Assembly (NCBI GenBank): GCA_043228905.1
Contig: JBHGNT010000005.1
Location: 4,278,001 to 4,342,000, forward strand
Reading direction: 5' to 3'
DNA length: 64,000 bases
Source of the DNA: Azolla caroliniana
Taxonomy: Eukaryota > Plantae > Polypodiophyta
In this document: positions 51,701 through 63,689 of the stretch, one piece after another
Layout: every line of letters begins with the position of its first letter
Numbering within the stretch: position 1 is the first letter of the stretch
Notes under the pieces: generated by a model
What the model was told of the DNA's origin: nothing
Databases searched by the model: none
What the model saw: only the letters and a program-made list of their open reading frames with translations
Position numbers and translations under genes: made by a program

Positions 51701-54160
51701 GAACAAATGCAATAACTCATTCAATTGCAATTAATAACAGAAAACCCTGAGTTAACATGGCTCGAAGATATGTGTCCAAATTAATGTAACCCTTTGAGGA
51801 ATGATAAGCCTATTACTACCACTTTAGAATATGTCAACTGCATTTATTATATTAGAGAACATGATCAGCAAAGTCTCGCCTTTTGTTCAACTACTTTATT
51901 ACACTGTTTTGCATACAAGTAACAATCGGCAACGGTTCGGTTCAGTTTGAGAGGGTCAAAACCGAACTGATTTGGAACCGAACCGTTTCAAATTTTTAAA
52001 ACCTGAACCAAACCACGAAACCGTTAAACCAAACTGTTAGAACATTTTCAAACCGTTAAACCATTAAACTGTTAAAACCGTGGTTTCGTGGTTCGGTTTT
52101 GGTTTTCAACTTAGGTCTAATTTTTAATTTTTACTTTTTAAAATTTAAAATATTTCATTATTTTTAATTTTTAATTTTTAAAATATTTCATTATTTTTAA
52201 TTTTTAAAATTTAAAATATTTCATTATTTTAATTTTTAAAAATTTAAAGATGTTCCTAAAATGTGAGAATAAGGTCTAAAAATGAAAATATTGTTTACAA
52301 ACAATTTTTTTAAATTTTTTTTTTTTTAAAAAAAATTTAATTTAAAAAATAAAAATAAATAACCGTTCAAACCGCGGTTTCAAGGTTCGGTTCGCTGTTG
52401 CCGATTGTTACATACAAGTTTATCTTCAATTTGAACTGAACTACTATATCACAATACTTCTTGCCTAGGGTGTTGTCTTCAATTTGATTGGCTATCCCTC
52501 ATCCTCATTAGTGAATTCTATTCATGGCTGAGGTCATCCCATTAGAAATCCTACTTTCCGATTCTATTTCAGAAAAAGGTACTTGAAAACATGCATTCAT
52601 GGGTTCTTGAAATTTCCTTTTACTACATAAGAAAAAAATCCAAAGACGTTTGGTTCACATGTTTTCTAAAGTATCTTTTTGCAGAGACAGAGAGTTTCTA
52701 TGAAATAACAAATAAATAACTCTTATATAACATCCTTTCACATCTAACAGAAAACATTTAGGAAGAAATCTCCCCTAAAAACTTACTTCAATTTTCTCAT
52801 GATACCACACAAAACATGAGAAACAGACTCAAATGTGGAGAGACAATGAGACACTAACCAAGAGTATGATATAAAGCCATACATAAGCCCAGAGTGACCA
52901 AACGAGCTCAACTGCCCAAACGTTACGATCTGCCACCTTCTTGATTGCACCTCTCTTCGGTATGATTATACACATAGCATGTATTAGAAAAAGATCGCAT
53001 GCTGCAGAACCAACAAGAGTGCCAGGTCCAACGCCTAAAAAAGATTGAATATAAGAAGAATCATAAACTTCATTCATAAAACAAATGGTAAGGACTACAT
53101 AATATAATATCATAAACAAAATGCACGGCTCAATAAATCTTCACACAAGGCAATTCATATACACATACAATAATAATTTTCTCATGAGCTCTTGTTGTTC
53201 TGATTGGTGCACCAGATAGACACTCCAAATTCACGCAAATGCATCCGCCCTTCATTTCTGAATTTACAATGTTGTTTCTTCTCATTATAAAGGTGACACA
53301 AATTTAACGTAATTGAATGATTGTGGTGGCTACAATCAGGTAAAACATTAGGAGATATACAGTATCATAAATTATTATAGGGTATATAGTGACATCAGCA
53401 TCCTATTAATCAAATTTTTCTTTGTGACCCACCGTGTCATTACCAATGATAAGGAATACTAAGAAATATATAGAATTTTTGTTTATGGGATATATCAGTG
53501 TCCCATTCTCCTATTATCTATACACCATACATTGACATGTGTACAACACGATATCATCACCTGATTAAGGATTGATTATTTAATACCTATTGAAGTATTT
53601 CAACATGGAGATGTAGTTCTTCAATGTATGCACTAATAATGGGTGATGGTATAATTTACTTCCTGAAGTTTAAGAAAGACACTGATGGTGGCAAGAAAGA
53701 CATTTTCATTCTTTCAAATATCTTACATGAGAATATTGCACCGTTGTCAGACAAAGATAATGAAAAGAAATAGAGAAATGTAAAAAACAGTAAATTTTAA
53801 CTAGTTTGATGGAAGGATAAACTAACCTCCAACATACGCATTCCCAAGGTTTAAGAAAGCATCAACAGTAGCAAGGGAGATCTGAGGAAAGCTCGTCCCA
53901 AATGCTAAGAGAGTAATATCTGCAACAGTAAAATTCCACACATTCTCTCGTTTCACTGATAACTTCCTTCCAGACCTTGGATCAAAGACAATTTTCTCAC
54001 GTGTTTGTTGAACTATGCTTTCCATTCCATGGAAGAACCGAGACGTAATGGCAGAGAGACCGAGAAAGCAATAAGCTAATCCCAAACAGTAGAGGCAACC
54101 TCGAAGAACTTCATTAAATCTCGCCTCAAGAGGGAAGAGAAGATAAGAGGAACAATCCAT
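42727..54160 (-). CDS. MHX: Magnesium/proton exchanger (MHX, CaCA/NCX superfamily), 8 exons, 506 aa
   Basis: Exons 54160-53827, 53034-52859, 51604-51486, 50269-50109, 49950-49856, 43927-43717, 43649-43520 and 43021-42727. All introns are GT-AG and the total of 1521 nt is in frame. Motifs [22 protein letters not shown], alpha-1 [35 protein letters not shown], alpha-2 [31 protein letters not shown] and GGELGGPR. Start context AAAAACAATGG. Confidence 0.95.
44000..46800 (-). mobile_element. Degenerate 5'-truncated L1-type LINE (RT plus zf-RVT) in MHX intron 5
   Basis: Frameshifted ORF2 pieces: [75 protein letters not shown] and KLFIWRV...C....[11 protein letters not shown]. Confidence 0.9.
45868..46242. 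repeat. ~201 bp tandem duplication inside the L1 RT region
   Basis: Two near-identical copies, each encoding [30 protein letters not shown]...GDIVGLHL. Confidence 0.9.
46920..48315 (+). mobile_element. 3' portion of a non-L1 LINE (RTEX/L2/CR1-like C-terminus), antisense in MHX intron 5, ending in a (CT)n tail
   Basis: [16 protein letters not shown] (RT thumb LLYGxExWG) and [10 protein letters not shown], then ORF 47326-47979 with [40 protein letters not shown] zinc knuckle. CT run at ~48296. Confidence 0.75.
48370..48996 (+). mobile_element. Second, more decayed fragment of a related LINE (RT C-terminal region)
   Basis: With frameshifts it translates to [65 protein letters not shown]. It ends at a CT run. 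Confidence 0.6.
49033..49385. repeat. Diverged direct repeat (~120 bp core, ~231 bp period)
   Basis: AGCAGAAATT..TCAACTTCCAAT.TACATCATTT...CATTTGTTGTCTCTCATGA.ATTGG..GACAT.GTTATGCCCTATATTT occurs twice. Confidence 0.75.
50704..50810. repeat. Tandem pair of 54-bp-period units, each a 14-bp inverted repeat
   Basis: TATAATGTGTTTAT...ATAAACAC(G/A)TTATA occurs twice. Confidence 0.85.
50979..51217 (-). mobile_element. ~121 bp tandem duplication of a probable LINE ORF1 C-terminal relic
   Basis: Two copies, at 50979 and 51100. The minus strand encodes [14 protein letters not shown] / IYLDEDLTP, resembling the IYINEDLT motif of LINE ORF1p. Confidence 0.5.
51920..52410. mobile_element. hAT-type MITE (491 bp) in MHX intron 2
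   Basis: 14-bp TIRs TAACAATCGGCAAC...GTTGCCGATTGTTA. Exact 8-bp TSD CATACAAG at 51912-51919 and 52411-52418. AACCG subterminal repeats and an AT-rich core. Confidence 0.9.
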
Positions 54161-54418
54161 TGTTTTTCTTCTTGTCTGTTAGTTTGTTCGCCAGACGGTT
54201 AGTTTTCTGGTTTGTGTGTGTATGTGCCGACGACAATGTTGGTAAATCAGAAGAAGATGATGTGAAGTAGAGGGCTTCCTTGTAAAGCCGTCGTTTTTCT
54301 GTTTTTCTGTATCTCTTCTGTGTTTGATCTAGTAAGGTCAAGTTCTGCATGGAATCAATAAAGATGGCGATACCGATGATGAAGATGGTGAAGAAGAGAA
54401 TGATGATGATCTGTCTGA

Positions 54419-54422
<4 letters not shown>

Positions 54423-54460
<38 letters not shown>
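54423..54460. repeat. (CT)n/(GA)n microsatellite in the MHX 5' region
   Basis: Direct reading. Confidence 0.9.
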
Positions 54461-54461
<1 letters not shown>

Positions 54462-55203
54462 AATAAATCGATTGTATCTGAGAGACATGACACTACAGTG
54501 ATACCACGCAGGCACGCGCACACTCACTCTCTCTTTCTCTTTCTCTCTATCTATCTCTATCTATCTACTTTTCTCTTCTTTCGTGAGGGCGTGGATAATC
54601 ACTCCATCGCCATAGCCACACAGAAAGGATCTCTGAGTGGCTGGGTGTGGAGGAATAATACATCAACCAGAAAACTGTGGATGGTTTTCTGTATTTCTGC
54701 AGAATACCCCTCCTCCTTCTGCCTTTCCTAATTATCAGAAATACCCCTCCTCCCCCCCCCCCCTCTCATTCTTTCTTCCTTCTTCTTCTTCTTCTCCCTA
54801 TGTTTCTTGTTTCTTTGCTTTTAGTTCTTTCTAGCTGCTACTTCTTTGCTCTTTACACAAAATGAAAGCTCTTTACATTCACTTGTCTCGTTCAGCCAAA
54901 TTTTTGTCGCCATTCTTCCGCATGTACCCCTCCCGTTCTATTCCTTTTTGCTTTCTTCCTTTATCATATTCATAAATAAACAAATAAAAAAGCCTTCGAT
55001 TCCATTAGTACCATCATGTCCATATTTTGCCGTATTCGGAAAAAAACAAACTTACTCCATTTTTGTTTTCATTCGTATTTGTATTGACGCATACCCCTCT
55101 CTCACTCACTCTTACGCATACACCTTAAAATGTCCATTTCAATGCAACATTGCTAGAAGAAATGTTGGATGGGAACATGTGCCAACAACCCTATAGTGAC
55201 TCA

Positions 55204-55722
55204 TAACAATCGACAATGGTTCGGTTTGAACTAAACTAAACCATGAAACTGCGGTTTAACGATTAAAATGGTTTAGTTCAAGTTCAAGTTGTTTTAAATA
55301 ATTTGGTTCAGTTTGGGGGTGAACGGTTCGGTTTTAACGGTTTGAAACCGTGGTTTGAATAGTTTGATGGTTTTTAAATTTTTTTAATAATTTAATTTTA
55401 TTAAACAACCTTATCATTTTAAGCCCAATTCTTACATTTTAGGAAAAATCTTTAATTTTTAAATAATGAAATTTTTTTACCTAAGTTGAAATTACGATTT
55501 TAGCGGTTTAATGGCTTAGCAATTTGAATTTTTACCTAACAGTTTGGTTTAATAGTTTGGTTTGGTTCATAATTTTGTTTTTTAGAACAACCTTTTCATT
55601 TTTAAGCCCAGTTCTTACATTTCATAATTTGCAGTTTAATGGTTTAACAATTTGGATTTTTACCTAACGGTTCAATTTGGACACTCTCAAACTGAGCCGA
55701 ACCGAACCGTTGCCAATTGTTA
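55204..55722. mobile_element. Second copy of the same hAT-type MITE family, inverted relative to 51920-52410, ~1 kb upstream of MHX
   Basis: Ends TAACAATCGACAATGGTTCGG...CCGAACCGTTGCCAATTGTTA. The right end is the reverse complement of the left end of the intronic copy (GGTTCAGTTTGAGAG.GTC). TSD is imperfect (ATAGTGACTCA / ATAGTGAGCA). Confidence 0.8.
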
Positions 55723-57462
55723 ATAGTGAGCATTGAATTTAGTAGATGAATTAGGCTTTAGGCCCAACAACCTATTGCATAAAGGGGAAGGTTTACAATG
55801 AATCTATGGTTAGAGTACATTTCATTCATCAAGTGGTATATGTGCTTGGTACCTTTTGTAACTTTATTTAATCATTATGGGTACACTTGAGTTGTGTTCA
55901 CTTGAGTTATGGACTGAAATCAAACTCCAAAACATGGAAATTCAGTTGGCCAATGAGCAATTGTATCTGTGCATATTTACAAAAATATGTTGGCTTGGTC
56001 ACATCATTGACCACTCTAACAAGCACATCTTCAACCAATCTCCTCTTACTCCACGTCCACATTACTCTAAGAGGAGAATGGTTGTTGCATCAAGACTACA
56101 AATAGTATAGTCAACACATGATGCATTAGTCAGAGGAATTAATTTTAGAACTTACAAGATGTTAAAGTTGTACTAGACACATTGGTAAACAATCATGAAT
56201 GTTCATCCAAGGGAAGAATGTGTTTTTAGTTCCATAAATTTATAAAAATTTGCCACGAAGTTTGAAATTTCATGTCCAGCAAGTAGTTGGATCCAAAGAC
56301 CACAAAACAATGAGGCAATTTGTGTGAGCTTATTACATTGGTTGCAAAGCAATGTAAGAATAGCCAATATACCATCCATTTTGGTATGTATCCCATAAAA
56401 AGAATTTAACATGATTCAAGAACACACAAAGCCTCATTATTATGCAATTAAAAGAGCAACTGTGTTCAACAAAGTATACAAATAATGTTGTATTACATCC
56501 TCAATGGTCGAAAATAAAAGTTAAATGATGTTATCAGGACCTAGGAAAAATATCCAAAAGACCCCTCATATCGATGGTAAATTAACATTACGTCAAGAAA
56601 CTTCCTAAATATCTAATCCAACCCTACCCAAAAACATATAGAAATTGCTAAGCTTTTAATTTATTTACTTAAGAGCACAATAAAAAATGGTGACTTCGGC
56701 TGAGGCGAAAAATCAATATATGGGGGCAAGACCAATTACTAACCTAATAACTATTACAAGTATGTTGGATTGTAAATAGTATATGAATGCAACACTTTTC
56801 GACGCCAGAATTGTGGTAGTCCTTTGCAAGCCCAATTTCAGAAGGTTATAGAGGTTGCCTACTTTACAACTCACCTTGAGTACTCTTTGATTAAATATCA
56901 CTAATTCTGATGCTATTTCATATCACGTTCTTTCTACTCATTTGTTGAAATCATGATTCATAGTCCAAACTAAGGGAATTCAACCCAATCAATGATGTGA
57001 TTGGTAGCATCAGCCAGAGGGTCTAAAAGCCCTCCTCTTCTCCACAAGCTTCCCACATGTGATTGCTAACTCTTTGCCAGCCTTATTGATAATTATTATG
57101 AACCTTTAGTGTTATGGAACCCCCTATTCTATTATGCAGACCTACTAATAGAGAGTATTATAATGATCCACTGTTGTTTCTCTAGCCATCTTTTTCCATT
57201 GGCTTTCTCAATCGTGTCATTATGATATACATAGATACAGACAGATTTAAGGTTGTCTATCAAAGTCTATACTGTTGCTTTTTCTGACCCAATTCTCCTG
57301 GGGTTCTCTCAATCTCATATAGATAGACACTTACACAAAGGGAATTTCTTCATCAGAATTCTGTCATGCTGCTTTCTAACCCTACACTCAGAAATTTACA
57401 CAGGTGCTTTTGGACCCCTCTTTTCTATAGGATTTCGGAACCTAATACAGACTGATCTGATC

Positions 57463-60400
57463 TTAATTAGAATCCTGTGGAATGACTTTTCTAGCCCTCT
57501 TCTCCATAGGCTTCCTGATTCTAATGGTGGGTCTTTCATGTTCTTCGTCTTCTCCATTTTCACTTCCACTCTCATCATGTGACTCATCTTGCACCTCAGA
57601 CTCTTCACCCCTCTCAGATTGTAGTGTTTCTACTTCTACTTCTCCACCGGTGATCCCTTCTTCTATGGTTTTAACATCATCTGTCGATGACTGCTTACAT
57701 TTCTTTCCTTTATCCAATATCTTAAAATCCCTTGCGGTACTTCTCTTCGCATGCCTTAGTAAATTCACCTTTGTAAGCTTGCTGAGTTGGATAAGATAGC
57801 GTTCATAGTCTTCTATATGAAAAACAAGATTTGGTATTGTTCTGACTTCACGTTTGATTTTGCTTACAGACCCTTTTCCTTGGTTATTCTCCTGTTGCTC
57901 CTGATACAAATCAACGGGAAAGCAGTAATCAGAGCTCCCACCATGACATTAATTCTAATCAATTAAACCACAAATACCAATTCCAAAACGCTGAGCCATA
58001 ATGTACAAGCATTTCCTACATATCTACATTAAACACTATAATTACAAACAATATGTAAAATTATAATTTGTATGGCACAACATGGAAGCATCATTGCTTA
58101 CAAACATCCATTCAAATCCTATTACGTCAAATTTAATATATGAATGTGACGGTTTATAAAAACATAAGATTGTGTGTTCTAGAATATGATCTAATCTTAA
58201 AAAAACAGCCATCTTTAACGATGCCAAAAAGTCCATTGCCTTTATATGTCACTATATATTATAATTACAAATAAAATATTAGAATAAATCATTTTGGGTC
58301 CTTTAGGGTTTAGTAGTACATTTTGTGGTTTACAAAGTTGAGGTTCTCGGTTCAAAGTCTTCGAGATCGTCAAACTTTTACTTTGATATTGTGTACTTTG
58401 AAGGCCTGTTAGAAGTCAACCCCAATGTCCAGAAACCAATAGCATTACGCTTATTACTGTGACTTTACTATCGCGTGCTTAGTTAACACTTTATTCCTAA
58501 AACAAAACCAGTTTCTAAACCCAACCCAAATACATTTATGCCATACCCTTTGCATAACTGCCATGAAGTTGTACAGAGGAGCTGTTAATCTTTTGCATGT
58601 TCTTTCTGCAAGCATCTGAAATATGGTGCTTGGTATAGGCTGATTAAATCCTTTTGGAGCAATGTAACCCTTTGCTGCTGAAGCTAGACATTTGTAGAGC
58701 TTCATTGTGACCTTGAGAAAGTGATCGGCCACAGCACCTATATAGTTCCCAGTATTAGTCATGAGAGTTTTTAAATCTATTAAAAATTGATTTCTTTTAG
58801 AGGAAAATACGAATATACAACAAACTAATTGGGTATATATCACAATACCGAAATTTTAGAGAACACTCCAAATAATCCCGAGTTTTAAATTTATTTTAAC
58901 AATACTCCTCAGTTTTCATTATTTCCCAGACAAAAAATAGCATCCCCCTGAAAGAGCAATTATACAGCAAATTTCACCCCCTTCTCTCTCACATGGGTTG
59001 ACAAGCAGCATTAGGAGGAATAATGAAAACTTAGGGGTTCCTATGGAAATAAAGAAAATTAAGTATATTTGAGAGTTTTTCCATAAAAATTACCAGAAAA
59101 ATTATTACATGATATTCTGATTATTTTTGAAACCTCGTGTTCTGGCACATACTTAGCAAATTAAGGGTATTTTGGTCCTTTTTATTTAGAACATTTAGAA
59201 AACTGCAGCTAGCTTACCACTTGGACTCATTTGTGCAAAATTTGAAAGCGTCATCACAAGGGCTTCTAATCTAGTGTGTAATGCAGCTTCAGATTTCAAA
59301 CGAGAAGATTCAGAATGCTTCTTCAGAATTAATTTCTCCGAAAGATCCGAGGTTTTTATTGTAGGATGTAGTTTAAGCTTGGAGATGATCCATTCAATAT
59401 CACTCAAGTTTGTTTCAACATGTTGAAGTAAGAAACCAGCAATACAATTCTTTGTGTATGAATTTATATTGTGGTATATATCAGAAATCTCTATTGCTTC
59501 TTCTTCATCCGTTCCCATCACCTTCACAAGCTCTTCACTGAGAGTCTGTGATAAAACTAGATCATCTAGAGATGGTAGGAGGCAGACAGATAACCGTATC
59601 AGAGCTTTGGCCGCCCCATTATGTGTTAACTTTAAGGATTTAGAATTTGATTGGGCCCATAATCCATGAACCTTCATTTTAGGAGGTTCCAGTATGCTCC
59701 CCAAGCATAGCAATACTCCAGAGAGAACCTGATCACAATACAATGATTGAACTTTGAAGCTCTCTCACTTCAGTGTTTCCTATTTCTAGAGAGAGGACAT
59801 GGATTTATTACTTCAGACACTGATAGAATGCATCAACATGACATTACATGATAAAACACAAAGCAAATGCAATGCCTTGAACCAGAGAAACCCTTATTAA
59901 TTGAGATATCTGCAATGAGAACATGGAAACCAATAGTATCCAATTAAACTATGGATTTACAAATTCCATTTCATAAAATCACAGGTTTGAAAAAATAAGT
60001 ATTGTTTAGGCAATAATTCAGAATGCTAAAAAACTATCCCATGCAAGCTCATCTTCACCCTAATATTCATGCATCTCCAAGCATTTTAAGTTATGCAATA
60101 TGAACGCAGACATGCTATTTAAGTATCAATTGCTAAAGTCGTACACATACTTCATAGAACATGGAGGAAAAGATGAAGATGGAACTTTAAGTTACCTCAA
60201 ACTCGCGATATTGTGATCGATGTAGAAGTTGCTCCAAAATCGGTTGTATTTTCTCAAGTAAGAAATGATGTAAAATATTGTTTTCCTTCAAAGTTTCATT
60301 TGCAATATTGAAGTTATCATAATCAGTAGATTCTATCACTCTTCCCTCACAGTAATCAGCGGATATGCAACCCAAAATTTCCATTACACAATTACTTTTC

Positions 60401-63400
60401 ACAGCTAATCTAAAGATCTCATCTAAGCATCTGACCAAGATCAAAATCAATCCATCTCGAGTTTCATCGGTTGTCTTTCGACCTCTTCCTTGTTTTTCTT
60501 TTTCTTTTTTCTCAACTGGCCAAGAAAATGCAGCAGATGACACTGTCACAGCAAAAGTAAGAGTATCTAGGATGGATTTTCCTAGCATTTTCCAATCCCC
60601 ACTAAGCTCTCTGAATCCAACAAGAAAATGATCTGGATCATTAGTATTAGAGGTTATTGCTTTGATGTGTCGGAGAGAAGTCTTAACTGCCAAAGAAGCA
60701 AGTTTGTACTTATATGCCATTATATTCTGCTGCAGATCAACACTCTGAGATGTATTTGCAGTGTTATTATTGAACCCACTAGCATTAAGCTTTTGTACAT
60801 GCTGAAGAAGATAGGAAGCACTTGTAATACTCAGAAATGGTGTTCTTAATTCGACTTGGTTTTGAACAAGACCTGAAAATTGCTTTCCAGATATATTTTG
60901 ATTCACAGCATCAAACGGCTTTGATTTACTATTACAACCGCTTCCATTTTTCTGTACTATTTGTTCTAATGCATCATATAAAGAAATATATTGTTGCAAC
61001 TCTGTCTCTACTTCTTCATCAAGGTGATTTTCAAAGTTTGTCACTTCATTGATTACTGCATCTATTAGCACTTCATAGATTCCAAGAAAAATGCGGACCT
61101 TTTCCAGATTAAGCTTCCCTTCTGTGGTCTCAGGTGCAAAATTCTTGGAATTGTCAATGTTTAAATCTGAATAATATGCAAACAGGGGAAGATTGAATGA
61201 ATTGTTGCCTCAGCACTGTTTGAGATATGAATGAGTAGGACATCTATCAAAGAATTAGACGTACCTAGCAGTGAACTTTGTCGCAATTTCTTACGAAGAT
61301 TGAGAAAAGAATCCCTAAAGGAAGAATCAGCAGACTTCCGATTCACCTAATGTGTCATAGCCTTATAATGTTAATCCATATTCAAGAATTCAAGAGAAAA
61401 TTTACCAAATTTAAATGAGAACATTAAAATCTTTACTTCATGATCTTGTGACAGTGAGAAGTCGTAACTAGTTTCAGTAAATGATTGACGTCCCTCTTGC
61501 TCATGAGGCTGAAGTATGAGCAGATTGTGAATCAGAAAAACCATCCGATCAAGTGGCTCTTCAACAATAACATTGTTGTTGTGGATTCTAACACAACGTT
61601 CCACATCTAGTATGGGATCCACATCCTGGAAAATCCACGTATGTAGATGAAATGATACAACTTTTGACAAATTGATCAGACAAGGATGAAAAGTGAGTAA
61701 CCTATCTCACAAGTTTTACAATATCAACAAAAATCTTTACACCGAGTCAAAATCTACTTGATGAGTCTCACAATATCTACTCAAATCATAACACAGAGTA
61801 AAGAATTAACCTCATGAGTGTTATAGTATCTACAGAAGTGTGACCAAAGCAGATTCAATACACTGTCCACAGTAATAGGATCTACTAAGGCAAGTTTGAT
61901 AAGACCCCTATACACGCCTTCTCGTATTTTCGACTGCAAAACAAGAAGAATGGCTTCAAGAAATCATCTATTCATTCTCTTGATCATTCATGTTATATCT
62001 CTTGATTCTTTAATCCTTAAATTCTTTCATCCATATTGTTTTTTTTCTGGTGTATCACTGCACTAATATATTGTTCCATAAAAGACATAACTAGGGTTTC
62101 TTGCAGGACTTAACCTGTTGAAGAAGGCACCTGCAAAGCAATCCTTTCATTTCGTGAAGTAAACTAAAACTCTTTTTGCTATACACAGTCTCTTGTTGAC
62201 TACAACTAGCTTCACTCGAAAAGTTCAGAAACGAATCACAATCTTTTTGTGCTCGAGAAGTTCTTTCAGCAACTAGTAAGTCAAATAGCCCTTGCAACGC
62301 AGTCATTCTGGTCAGAACTTCTCTACCGAACATGGCTTTTCTAAGCACTAAAACAGTGTATCCCTGTAATGCATCAAAAAATTGTAGTATTTATGAGCAC
62401 TAATTTGTCTTTTAATAAGAAAAGTTTGAACAAAATTATGAGGTTACAAAGTCTAACCTGTAAATCAGAACTCAGATGAAATAGTGGGCATATATTATGT
62501 AAAAGAGATGATGCCGCAATTGGATGCAGAAATGTATAATAATCAAGACATTCCTTTAACCGTGCTACATGCTCTAGCATTAGATGTGGATATTTCTGCA
62601 CTAGCTGACCCACCATTCTAATGTTCATCAAAAAATACACATATGTACATAAGAGATCTCTTCACTCTGATTAAAATAATCACGAAATGACATTCAGTAA
62701 TGCAAACCTTATGATTGGTGAGCTTAGTTCAGGCTTTAGACCAATTATTCGGCATTTACTTTGTTCAATAATCTGAAATTTTGCCCAAAAAAATGAGGTT
62801 ACTAGAGATAGATTATCTTTTATTACATTCACATCAGTGTATATAAAACAAAGTGACAGCAGGCCAGTATAGACATACCATATCACTGGTTTAAATACTA
62901 TTTATAGAAGAATCTCCTTATCTCTTTGGTTTATATTTAAATGATTTCTCAATAGGAAAGTGTAGACGCTTGTGGGTGCAAATCCCCTCACTTCACTAGT
63001 TTATGTGAAAATAATGGATTTGTAAGGCAGTATAGACACATGTAAGTGCATGTATACCATTTAAGAGAAGAATCACCTCATCTCATCAGTTTATACTAAA
63101 ATTATGTGTGTATATACAGCTTAAGAGAAGAATCTCCTCATCTTAATCATTACACAAACACCAATACCTAATTAGACATGTATATGAGCATATTTACTAC
63201 TTCAAAAGAAGAATCACCTCATCCCTTGATATGTCATGAACTTCAAAAGAAATTTGCAAGATAAGAGCTCCCAAATAATGACAGCCACAAACTTGTTCTT
63301 GATGTTTGATAACACGATCAGATGAAGAAGATTCTCCTGGCATTGTACTCTCAATCAATATAAATCCAAATTTTACAAGGCTAGGTATCACGTGATCCCA

Positions 63401-63612
63401 CCCAAATGCTGTGTTCCGGACCTAAATCAAAGGTCAAAAATATTGTTTAAGGTATTGATTTCTTGTTCTATGCAATAATAAGCATCTTTCATCTGAAGCC
63501 TTAATGTTTGTGAAGGAATGTTGCACTTACTGTTTGAATGAAGGAATTCTCCAATATATGGACATCATCCATACATTGTTTCTTCAATTCCTCTGGTGCA
63601 CACACCGAGTAT
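57463..63612 (-). CDS. FANCI: Fanconi anemia group I protein (FANCI), 3' part (12 exons visible; 5' exons lie beyond 64000)
   Basis: Exons 63612-63531, 63421-63218, 62772-62708, 62617-62458, 62363-62115, 61933-61811, 61625-61437, 61346-61265, 61166-60196, 59728-59218, 58737-58547 and 57900-57463, with consistent phases. Motifs FGWDHVIPSLVKFGF, LVLRKAMF (monoubiquitination Lys), ASCSQQ, EPLD and IPNLVFHIEDYERYLIQLSKLTKVNLLRHAKRSTARDFKI. Confidence 0.93.
58297..58430 (+). mobile_element. Possible tRNA-derived SINE in the last FANCI intron
   Basis: GGTCCTTTAGGGTTTAGTAGT (A-box-like) followed by GAGGTTCTCGGTTCAAAGTC (B-box-like) at tRNA spacing. No intact cloverleaf. Confidence 0.4.
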
Positions 63613-63689
63613 CTGTAGCATGATAAAAGTGTGATATAAATGTATTTGTGTAAAATCATCACACTAGAAGAACGGTACCATGTCAAAAG

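Noticed and set aside
58297-58375. Functional tRNA gene
   Set aside because: Only A/B-box-like motifs are present, with no pairing acceptor or anticodon stems. Treated as SINE-like.
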